The position numbers and the translations under genes are program-made. The notes under the pieces are model-generated. The model saw nothing but the letters and a program-made list of their open reading frames with translations. It had not been told where the DNA came from and did not search any database. Source: Bryobacterales bacterium (GTDB taxonomy: Bacteria > Acidobacteriota > Terriglobia > Bryobacterales > Bryobacteraceae). Taken from it: DNA of 64,000 bases. Shown here piece after piece: positions 11,701-19,632 of this stretch. Location: assembly GCA_016721425.1 (NCBI GenBank), contig JADKID010000020.1, positions 20,549 to 84,548 on the forward strand, written 5' to 3'. The stretch's first letter is position 1. Every line of letters begins with the position of its first letter.

Positions 11701-12915
11701 CACAGCCACCGTCACTTGCACCCTGACCATCGCCGGTGTCACCACCGCGCCGCCCTACGGCTCCTTCGACACGCCCGGCAAGATTCTCACCGGCCTCTCC
11801 GGCGGCATCGCCGTCACCGGTTGGGCGCTCGATGACCTCGGTGTCCAATCCGTGAAGATCTGGCGCGATCGCATCGGTTCGGAGCAGACCTATCCCAACG
11901 GGCTCGTCTACATCGGGGACGCCCTCTTTGTCCCCGGCGCCCGCCCCGACGTCGAAGCGGCTCACCCCACCCGCCCAGCCAACTACGGTGCGGGTTGGGG
12001 CTACATGATGCTCTCCAACGCCCTGCCGAAGACGACGCCCAGCGGCACCATGGGCAGCGGCACCTACCGCCTCCACGCCATTGCCACCGATGTCGAGGGC
12101 CAGTCCGCCACTATCGGCACGAAGACGATTACCGTCGATAACAGGGGCTCCAGCAAGCCTTTCGGCGCGGTTGACGCGCCCGCGCCCGGCGCCACCATCG
12201 AAGGCGCGGCCTACCCCAACTCGGGCTGGGCGCTCACCCCGCAGCCGGACCTCATCCCGATCGACGGCTCCACGTTCGGCGTCTATGTGGATGGCGTTAA
12301 TTTGGGCAAACCCGTCTACAACCAATTCCGCCCTGATGTCGCCGGGATCTTCCGGGCCTAGCCAACAGCGCCGGCTCCGGCGGCAGCTATGTGCTGGATA
12401 CGACGAAGCTCTCCAACGGGATGCACTCCATCGCCTGGAGCGTGGCCGACGACAAGGGCCACATCGACGGGATCGGCAGCCGCTTCTTCCACATCCTGAA
12501 CAGCGGAAGCACCGCCGCCATCGCATCGCCGATGCCGCAGCCGAGCCCGATGCTGCGCGCCATTCGCAGACACCGCCTCTCCGCCGAGACCGCCGGCTAC
12601 CGCACGGGCTACGACGCGGAGGCCCCGCTCGTGCCGCTGCCCGCGGACGCCATCACAGTGGCAGAACTGGAACGCCTCGAACTCCACCTGCCTGCAATGG
12701 CGGAGGGGGCAAACTGGTCCGCCGCACTCCGCGTTGGCGACGAGCTCAGAACTCTCCCCATCGGTTCCACGTGCGACGCCGAAGCCTGCATCTTCTACTG
12801 GCAACTCGGCCCGGGATTCCTGGGAGAGTTCGTGCTCGAATTCCGCCCGGCCCCCGACGCGGAGCCACTCCCGGTTCGCATCCGCGTGGGAGCGGGCGTG
12901 GCGCGAGTCGAGTAG
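8798..12915 (+). pseudogene. RCC1-repeat giant protein, paralog 2, interrupted by a 1-nt deletion near 12352
   Basis: The ORF-track pieces 8738..12361 and 12391..12915 are colinear with paralogs 1 and 3. I chose the start at 8798 ([25 protein letters not shown]) by conservation with the other two copies. Paralogs 1 and 3 read atcttcCCCgggcct (IFPGLA), whereas this copy reads atcttcCCgggccTAG (IFRA*). The downstream frame continues ANSAGSGGSYVLDTTKLSNGMHSIAW... Confidence 0.85.
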
Positions 12916-12981
12916 AACGCCGGCAAAACGACCCGGTTTCGCTAATAATGCGCCATTTTCCGTGTGGGAGTCGGCGCCTTA

Positions 12982-13010
12982 TTGTGTGATGGCAGGGAAT
13001 TCGACATAAT
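12982..13010 (+). promoter_or_regulatory. Putative promoter of RCC1 paralog 3 (leaderless layout)
   Basis: TTGTGT (12982..12987), a 17-nt spacer, then CATAAT (13005..13010). The ATG at 13018 lies 7 nt downstream. A weakened copy of the hairpin (GCGCC...GGCGC, 12950..12977) precedes it. Confidence 0.4.
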
Positions 13011-13017
13011 CAGACCG

Positions 13018-16000
13018 ATGACTCCGAATTGCGCCGGCTGCATTCTCCTGCCTGTCCTCTTCTCCTTCGCGCTGGGCGCGGCCCCGCTCACGCCGCCGCC
13101 GGAGGGTGCGGTCGCCGTGGGCGCTCAACACAGCCTCTGGCTCAAGCCCGACGGCTCCGTTTGGGCCTGGGGTGCGAACTTTGCAGGACAACTCGGCGAC
13201 GGCTCCTACCTCCGAAGGACCGCACCCGTCCCCGTTGTTGAGCTCAGCAGCATTGTCGCCATTGTCGCGGGTGATCACTGGAGCATGGCTCTCCGCTCGG
13301 ACGGTACGGTTTGGAGCTGGGGCTCCCACAACATGGCTGACTATCGTTCGCCGGGCTGGAAAGGCACTCCCAGTTTGCTATTTTCGCTACCCGGAACCAT
13401 TGCCGTTGCGGGAAATCCAACCTCAGGCAGAGCGATAACCGGCGACGGGCTCGTTTGGGAGTGGGCCGGTGATGGGACCGGACGCGCCACACTGCGACAG
13501 TTGACGGGAGTCAGCGAAATGGCAGCCGTCGTCAGCGGGACTGGGCACTTCGTTCTACTTCGCAGAGATGGCACAGTCTGGACTTCGGGTTCCAACCTCA
13601 GCGGGCAGTTGGGCGATGGCACCACCACGACAAGAAGCGAACTGATTCAGGTGCCGGGCCTGGCTGGCATCGCGGCTGTGGCTGCTGGACGGTCCCACAC
13701 GGTTGCGCTGAAGGCCGACGGCAGCGTTTTAGCCTGGGGTGATGGCCGTCTTTACCAGATAGGTGACGGTATCTGGGCCAACCACACTTCGCCGGTGCAG
13801 ATTGCGGGGCTGGCGCAGATTCAGCGTATCGTGGCTGGCGGAGACGGGACGGTAGCGGTCGAAACTGGCGGGCGGGTTTGGCAATGGGGTCAGGCCGCAT
13901 ACGGAGAGTTCAGTCGCGGAGGTTTCCGCCAGACGCCCACAGAGCAGCCCCAGCTCAATGGGATCAAGGCGCTCGCAATCGGTACGTCTCATTGCCTGGC
14001 CCTTGGCGTGGACGGCGCACCAGTGTCGTGGGGCAACAATGCGAACGGCCAGCTTGGTACTGGCTCCGCCATCATCCGCCTCTGGCCCGAACTCACTCCA
14101 GTGATCTCCGGCGTCGTATCAGCCGCGCCGGGCTTGATGCACAGCATGGTGGTGAAGAACGACGGCACGCTCTGGGAATGGGGCGACAGGAACTATGCCT
14201 ATTCCTTTGCACTTGGCGCGCCGGCGTCCGTTCCGTCGCAGGTGGCGGGGATATCCAATGTCGTCCTCGCCGCCGAGGGGGCGGGCCACAGCTACGCGCT
14301 CACCTCCGACGGCACGGTCTGGAGTTGGGGAGGAGACCCGCAGAACCTGGGCGTGCTGGGGCAAGGGCCTGCCATTCGAACCCTGTCCTCTCCGCAGCCT
14401 ATCGCCGGCCTGTCCGGCATCAAGTCGATCCTGTCCGGTCCCTACTTCGGGGCGGCGTTGAGCGATTCCGGAGAGGTGTGGACTTGGGGACAAAACCTGT
14501 ACGGTCAGCTCGGCGATGGTACGCTGACCAATCGGGATGCTCCCGTGCGTGTGCCCGGACTCCAGGGCGTCAAGGCCATCGCCTCCGGCAAGTATCATAT
14601 GCTCGCCCTTCTTGACGACGGAACGGTTTGGTCCTGGGGTTCCAACGGGAACCGGCGACTGGGCGACGGCACAACAACTTCCCGCGCAACACCGGGAAAG
14701 GTCCCCGTCGTGTCGGGCATCACGGCCATCGCTACCAGTGATATCGCTGGCCTCGCTCTGAAGTCCGACGGTACCGTCTGGGGCTGGGGAGGCGACTTCA
14801 GAGATTTCAGTGCCGCCCCTGGCCTCTTTCCCGCGCAAGTTCCTGGTCTGACCGGTATCCGTTCGATTTGGGCGGGTGATGGGGTGCGTTTCGTTCAGAG
14901 GGCCGACAATTCCGTTTGGGTTTGGGGGGCGAGCTCCTATGGAAATCTGGGGGATTCCAGCGGCTCGCTCTTTCAGTACGACCCGCCTGTCCGGGTAGCG
15001 AACCTCCCCGCTGATGTGACTTCGATCTCCGGCTTACTCGGTCACACTCTGGCGGTCACCAGCGCAGGGGAGTTGTGGTCCTGGGGCTACGTCCCCAGCG
15101 CCCAAATGTCGGACGCTGGGGATCTGGCGCCGGCGCCGCAACTTGTGGCGAACTCCGGCTCCTATGCGCTCAGCTCCTCCGAGATCGTGGCCTCATCCGC
15201 CGCCGGCTCGCAATCCGTGTCCCTCTCCACCGGCAACGACGTTCTTCCCTGGGCCGCGGTTCCGGATAGCGCTTGGCTGAGCGCCACGCCCGGCGCCGGG
15301 AATGGCAGCGCCACGCTCACCCTCAATTGGCCGCAGAACCAACGCCCCGAGAGCCGGATCGCGACGATCCGCGTCGGTGGCGAGGCGGTGATAGTGACTC
15401 AGGCCGGAACAGGACCCACCTACTCGATTTCCGGCACTGTCCGCGCCAATGGTGCCGGCGTACCTGGAGTTGCTGTCACGCTCAGCGCTTCACTGGACTT
15501 CGCCTCATCTCAGCCGAGCTCTAGAATCAGTAAACTGACCGACTCCTCCGGCCATTACGAGTTCACTACGCTCACCGCTGGCGGAAGTTTCTACGTGACA
15601 CCCATCGCCAACACCTTGAGGTTCACGCCGGATAGCGCAAGCGCGGGGCCTCTCGCGGCCAACCAAATCTTGGACTTCACGGTTTTCCAGGAGCCTACAA
15701 CGCTGGCTGTCGATCGCACCAGTCTCCAATTCGCCAGTAACCAGGGCCGGTCCATCGTCACACCGCCCCAGGAACTTACCGTCAGACTGACCGGCGGCGC
15801 CCCTCTGGTTTGGAACGCGGTCTCCAGCAAGCCCTGGCTCACCGTCACCCCCTCTACCGGGTCCGCCAGTGGCAAAGCGCTGGTCTCCCTGGTATCTTCG
15901 AACCTGCCCAAGACCGGCGCCGACAGCGCAACCATCACGATCACTACCCCAAACCTTCCCAACGGGGCTGTTACGGTGAAATGCACCCTGACCATCGCCG

Positions 16001-17181
16001 GCGCCGCCACCGCGCCGCCCTACGGCTCCTTCGACACGCCCGGCAAGATTATCACCGGCCTCTCCGGCGGCATCGCCGTCACCGGTTGGGCGCTCGATGA
16101 CCTCGGTGTCCAATCCGTGAAGATCTGGCGCGATCGCATCGGTTCGGAGCAGACCTATCCCAACGGGCTCGTCTACATCGGGGACGCCCTCTTTGTCCCC
16201 GGCGCCCGCCCCGACGTCGAAGCGGCTCACCCCACCCGCCCCGCCAACTACACAGCCGGTTGGGGCTACATGATGCTCTCCAACGCCCTGCCGAAGATGA
16301 CGCCCAGCGGCACCATGGGCAGCGGCACCTACCGCCTCCACGCCATTGCCACCGATGTCGAGGGCCAGTCCGCCACTATCGGCACGAAGACGATTACCGT
16401 CGATAACAGGGGCTCCAGCAAGCCCTTCGGCGCGGTGGATGCGCCCGCGCCAGGCGCCACCATCGAAGGCGCGGCCTACCCCAACTCGGGCTGGGCGCTC
16501 ACCCCGCAGCCGGACCTCATCCCGATCGACGGCTCCACGTTCGGCGTCTACGTAGATGGCGTCAATTTGGGAAAGCCCGTCTACAACCAATTCCGCCCTG
16601 ATGTCGCCGGGATCTTCCCGGGCCTAGCCAACAGCGCCGGCTCCGGCGGCAGCTATGTGCTGGATACGACGAAGCTCTCCAACGGGATGCACTCCATCGC
16701 CTGGAGCGTGGCCGACGACAAGGGTCACATCGACGGGATCGGCAGCCGCTTCTTCCACATCCTAAACAGCGGAAGCACGGCTGCCATCGCTGCGCCAATG
16801 CCGCAGCCGAGCCCGATGCTGCGGGCCATTCGCAGACACCGCCTCTCCGCCGAGACCGCCGGCTACCGCACGGGCTACGACGCGGAGGCCCCGCTCGTGC
16901 CGCTGCCCGCGGACGCCATCACAGTGGCAGAACTTGAACGCCTCGAGCTGCACCTGCCGCCAGCGCCCGAGGGCGCCATCTGGTCCGCCGCACTCCGCGT
17001 CGGCGAGGAGCTCAGACCTCTCCCAATCGGCTCCACCTTCGACGCCGAAGCCTGCATCTTCTACTGGCAACTCGGCCCGGGATTCCTGGGAGAGTTCGCA
17101 CTAGAATTCCGCTCGGCCCCGGACTCCGCTCCGCTCCCGGTTCGCATCCGCGTCGCCGCCTGGACGTCCCGAACGCAGTAA
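13018..17181 (+). CDS. RCC1-repeat giant protein, paralog 3
   Basis: The ORF track gives 12964..17181. I prefer the start at 13018 (MTPNCAGCILLPVLFSFALGAAPL), which aligns with the starts of paralogs 1 and 2. The module order is the same as in paralog 1, and the C-terminal ~450 aa are nearly identical to paralogs 1 and 2. Confidence 0.9.
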   Translation: MTPNCAGCILLPVLFSFALGAAPLTPPPEGAVAVGAQHSLWLKPDGSVWAWGANFAGQLGDGSYLRRTAPVPVVELSSIVAIVAGDHWSMALRSDGTVWSWGSHNMADYRSPGWKGTPSLLFSLPGTIAVAGNPTSGRAITGDGLVWEWAGDGTGRATLRQLTGVSEMAAVVSGTGHFVLLRRDGTVWTSGSNLSGQLGDGTTTTRSELIQVPGLAGIAAVAAGRSHTVALKADGSVLAWGDGRLYQIGDGIWANHTSPVQIAGLAQIQRIVAGGDGTVAVETGGRVWQWGQAAYGEFSRGGFRQTPTEQPQLNGIKALAIGTSHCLALGVDGAPVSWGNNANGQLGTGSAIIRLWPELTPVISGVVSAAPGLMHSMVVKNDGTLWEWGDRNYAYSFALGAPASVPSQVAGISNVVLAAEGAGHSYALTSDGTVWSWGGDPQNLGVLGQGPAIRTLSSPQPIAGLSGIKSILSGPYFGAALSDSGEVWTWGQNLYGQLGDGTLTNRDAPVRVPGLQGVKAIASGKYHMLALLDDGTVWSWGSNGNRRLGDGTTTSRATPGKVPVVSGITAIATSDIAGLALKSDGTVWGWGGDFRDFSAAPGLFPAQVPGLTGIRSIWAGDGVRFVQRADNSVWVWGASSYGNLGDSSGSLFQYDPPVRVANLPADVTSISGLLGHTLAVTSAGELWSWGYVPSAQMSDAGDLAPAPQLVANSGSYALSSSEIVASSAAGSQSVSLSTGNDVLPWAAVPDSAWLSATPGAGNGSATLTLNWPQNQRPESRIATIRVGGEAVIVTQAGTGPTYSISGTVRANGAGVPGVAVTLSASLDFASSQPSSRISKLTDSSGHYEFTTLTAGGSFYVTPIANTLRFTPDSASAGPLAANQILDFTVFQEPTTLAVDRTSLQFASNQGRSIVTPPQELTVRLTGGAPLVWNAVSSKPWLTVTPSTGSASGKALVSLVSSNLPKTGADSATITITTPNLPNGAVTVKCTLTIAGAATAPPYGSFDTPGKIITGLSGGIAVTGWALDDLGVQSVKIWRDRIGSEQTYPNGLVYIGDALFVPGARPDVEAAHPTRPANYTAGWGYMMLSNALPKMTPSGTMGSGTYRLHAIATDVEGQSATIGTKTITVDNRGSSKPFGAVDAPAPGATIEGAAYPNSGWALTPQPDLIPIDGSTFGVYVDGVNLGKPVYNQFRPDVAGIFPGLANSAGSGGSYVLDTTKLSNGMHSIAWSVADDKGHIDGIGSRFFHILNSGSTAAIAAPMPQPSPMLRAIRRHRLSAETAGYRTGYDAEAPLVPLPADAITVAELERLELHLPPAPEGAIWSAALRVGEELRPLPIGSTFDAEACIFYWQLGPGFLGEFALEFRSAPDSAPLPVRIRVAAWTSRTQ

Positions 17182-17186
17182 ACTCG

Positions 17187-17642
17187 ATGGCAATGGAGAA
17201 AGAGGTGCTCGAATTCACGGCCCAGTACTTCGGAGTGAATTCGGAAAGCCTCTCGCTCCGGACTCGTCCCTATCCGGATCTCTGCCTGGATGACACCCGC
17301 ATGGAGGCATTTCTCTGGCGCTTCAGCCAGCATTTCGGCGTGTCCTTTCCAAAGCTCAATAACCGCCAATCGGTGGCGTATCTGGCGCGTCTGGCCCTTG
17401 GTTCCAGAGTAGGCGCGCTTTTTGGGTGCCGACCGCGCCTGGCCTTGGGCTCAGTGGCGGCGGCAGCTTCCGGAACTCCGACGTCACCCGCCTCAGCCCC
17501 TGGCTCACCCTCGCCGACCTCACCCGGGCCGCTACCCGCGCGGCGCCCCGTCCAGGATTGTCCGGTACACCGTCTCATACCGCGGAATAATCTTCGACGT
17601 GCAGAAACGCGTCTCCGCCGTCTCCCGCGCCGCCCAGCGTAG
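17187..17642 (+). CDS. Hypothetical small protein; only the first ~60 aa look protein-like
   Basis: 151-aa ORF starting 6 nt after paralog 3. The N-terminus is MAMEKEVLEFTAQYFGVNSESLSLRTRPYPDLCLDDTRMEAFLWRFSQHFGVSFPKL, and the remainder is low-complexity Pro/Ala/Arg. There is no SD sequence. The last ~110 nt overlap the convergent GT4 gene. Confidence 0.3.
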   Translation: MAMEKEVLEFTAQYFGVNSESLSLRTRPYPDLCLDDTRMEAFLWRFSQHFGVSFPKLNNRQSVAYLARLALGSRVGALFGCRPRLALGSVAAAASGTPTSPASAPGSPSPTSPGPLPARRPVQDCPVHRLIPRNNLRRAETRLRRLPRRPA

Positions 17643-18647
17643 CCGGTTCCGCAGCGCCCCGTCCGTCAGGATCTCCAGCACCCGCTTGGCCTGCGAAGCC
17701 ACGTCGCCCACCTCTTCCAGGTAGCCGTCCTGGCCGTGCGTGATCAACTCCGGCACGCCGCCTACGCGCGTCGCCACCGGGATCACGCCGCACGCCATCG
17801 CCTCCAGCGCCGCCAGGCCGAAAGACTCCATCCGGCTCGGCAGCAGGAGCACGTCCGCCTGCGGGATTAGCTTCTCAATGTGATTCTGCTTGCCCAGGAA
17901 CTTCACGTGATCGTGCACGCCCAGTTCAAACGCCAGCCGCTCCGCCGCGCTCTGGTCCGGCCCATCGCCGGCCATCCACAACTCACAATCCACGTGCTTC
18001 CGCACCCGCTCCAGGATCTGCACGCAATCCGTCACACGCTTCACTTCCCGGAAGTTCGAGATGTGCAGCAGCCGCGGCCGCCCCTCGTGCGGCTCCTTCG
18101 CCATGCGGTAGAGATCGCAGTTCACGAAGTTGTGCACCACGTGAATCGGGTTCTGCACGCCAAACACCTCCACCGTCTGCTGCCGCAGATTCTCGCTGAT
18201 GGAGGTCACTCCATCGGACTGCTCAATCGAGAACTTCGTGATCGGGAAATACGCCCGGTCCGTCCCCACCAGCGTGATGTCCGTTCCGTGCAGAGTCGTG
18301 ATGTAGGGCAGACGCCGCTTGCCCGCCAGCATCGCCCGCGCCATGTAGGCCGACGCCGAATGAGGGATCGCATAGTGGACGTGCAGCAGATCCAGATCCT
18401 GCCACTCGGCGATCTCCGCCATCCGCGACGCCAGCGCCAGATCGTAGGGCGGGTACTGGAATAGCGGGTAGTTGGAGACCTCCACCTCGTGGTAGTAGAT
18501 CCGCGGCGTGCCTGGATCCAGACGGATCGGATTGGCGTAGGTGATGAAGTGGATCTCGTGACCGCGCGCCGCCAACTCCATGCCGAGCTCCGTGGCGACA
18601 ATGCCCGATCCGCCGTAAGTGGGATAGCACGTGATGCCGATTCGCAT
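17532..18647 (-). CDS. bshA: GT4-family glycosyltransferase, BshA-like (N-acetyl-alpha-D-glucosaminyl L-malate synthase candidate)
   Basis: 371 aa. From memory, the N-terminus MRIGITCYPTYGGSGIVATELGMELAARGHEIHFITY closely resembles Bacillus BshA (MKIGITCYPSVGGSG...). A GT-B C-terminal block LPSRMESFGLAALEAMACGVIP is present. Confidence 0.7.
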   Translation of the reverse strand: MRIGITCYPTYGGSGIVATELGMELAARGHEIHFITYANPIRLDPGTPRIYYHEVEVSNYPLFQYPPYDLALASRMAEIAEWQDLDLLHVHYAIPHSASAYMARAMLAGKRRLPYITTLHGTDITLVGTDRAYFPITKFSIEQSDGVTSISENLRQQTVEVFGVQNPIHVVHNFVNCDLYRMAKEPHEGRPRLLHISNFREVKRVTDCVQILERVRKHVDCELWMAGDGPDQSAAERLAFELGVHDHVKFLGKQNHIEKLIPQADVLLLPSRMESFGLAALEAMACGVIPVATRVGGVPELITHGQDGYLEEVGDVASQAKRVLEILTDGALRNRLRWAARETAETRFCTSKIIPRYETVYRTILDGAPRG

Positions 18648-18651
18648 AGTC

Positions 18652-19632
18652 CTATTTTCGCCAGATCAACTCGCCGTAGCCGATCCGCCCATGGATATTC
18701 TCCGCCGGATGCGCCACGTCGCCGCCGCCAAACCACACCCGCACGCGATCCTCTTCCGGCAACACCGTCGCGTCGCACACCACCTGCGAGTTCCACGCCT
18801 CGGCTCCGGAGATCACCACGCCCGTGCGCGTCCAGTGTACGCCATCGGCGGATTTCACCAGCCCCATGCGCCGCTGCTCATTCCGCGCACGCCCTGTATA
18901 GAGCATCCACCACGCGCCGTGCGCGTTCCACACCGCCGGCTCGCCCAGCCCGTTCTCATCCCAGGCGCCCTGCTCGCCCAACTCCAGCACCGGCGCGCCC
19001 GTCAACTTGGTCCACTGCCGGCCATCGTTCGAGACAGCCACGCCCAGCCTCTGCCGCCGCGCGCGGTCCTCGCCCAGATAGTACAGGTACATCTGCCCGC
19101 CCGCCTGCACCACATAGGGATCGGCCGTGGCGCGCTCGTCCCACGCGCCGCGCGGCCCCAGCGCCAATACCGGCGCCGCTTCGCGAGTCCACACCTTCGC
19201 GTCTTCGGAATGGGCCAGGCCGATCTGGGGCGGATTTCCGGCCTGATAGAAATAGAGCAGTTCGCCCTGAAACACAATGCCCGCGCCGTTCGCAGCGATG
19301 TAGCCGCTCTCCCACGAACCGTTCCGGGGAGAAATCACCCGCCTAGCCCCACTCCACGCCAGGCCGTCCTCGGAGATCGCGGATTCCGTGTGCCAGGTCT
19401 TCCCGTCATACACCGAATAGAGGTTCAGCAGTGAATCGCGCCACTTCACCACCGACGGATTCAACGTGTCCACTGCCTCTGCCCGCAGTACCACCCCGCT
19501 GCGTGGCTGCCATTCATAGTGACCCGCCTGCGCCGTTTCCTCCGCGGGCAGCGTGAAGCTCGCATAGTGGCCGCATCCTGTCAGAATCAGGGCGAGCCCC
19601 GCGGCGAGAATATGCGGCGCGGCGCTTCTCAT
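18652..19632 (-). CDS. Lipoprotein with a five-bladed beta-propeller glycosidase-like fold (GH43/GH32/GH130 clan type)
   Basis: 326 aa with the lipobox LILTGCG. It has repeated S.DG..W blade motifs (SEDGLAWS, SEDAKVWT, SNDGRQWT, SADGVHWT). It overlaps the upstream kinase gene by 4 nt and sits 4 nt from bshA. Confidence 0.6.
   Translation of the reverse strand: MRSAAPHILAAGLALILTGCGHYASFTLPAEETAQAGHYEWQPRSGVVLRAEAVDTLNPSVVKWRDSLLNLYSVYDGKTWHTESAISEDGLAWSGARRVISPRNGSWESGYIAANGAGIVFQGELLYFYQAGNPPQIGLAHSEDAKVWTREAAPVLALGPRGAWDERATADPYVVQAGGQMYLYYLGEDRARRQRLGVAVSNDGRQWTKLTGAPVLELGEQGAWDENGLGEPAVWNAHGAWWMLYTGRARNEQRRMGLVKSADGVHWTRTGVVISGAEAWNSQVVCDATVLPEEDRVRVWFGGGDVAHPAENIHGRIGYGELIWRK

Noticed and set aside
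7341-16590. Long minus-strand ORFs inside the RCC1 paralogs (7341..8252, 9422..10588, 11576..12526, 15505..16590)
   Set aside because: They are antisense shadows of the clearly coding plus-strand frames, with Gly/Arg/Ala-rich low-complexity translations. They repeat only because the underlying genes are paralogous.
4487-17181. Diversity-generating retroelement or other templated hypervariation of the propeller blades
   Set aside because: The window has no reverse transcriptase gene and no template/variable repeat pair with adenine-specific differences. The divergence between blades looks like ordinary paralog divergence.
4487-17642. Idea that the RCC1 array is a polymorphic-toxin locus with immunity genes
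   Set aside because: Polymorphic toxins keep a constant N-terminus and vary the C-terminal toxin tip, with small immunity genes after each copy. Here the C-terminus is the most conserved part, and no ORFs sit between copies (93- and 103-nt gaps filled by the hairpin/promoter cassette). I recognise no toxin domain.
18206-19434. ORFs 18489..19346, 18631..19434 (plus strand) and 18206..18796 (minus strand)
   Set aside because: They are off-frame or antisense to the bshA-like and propeller-lipoprotein genes. Their translations are Arg/Pro/Ala-rich without domains.
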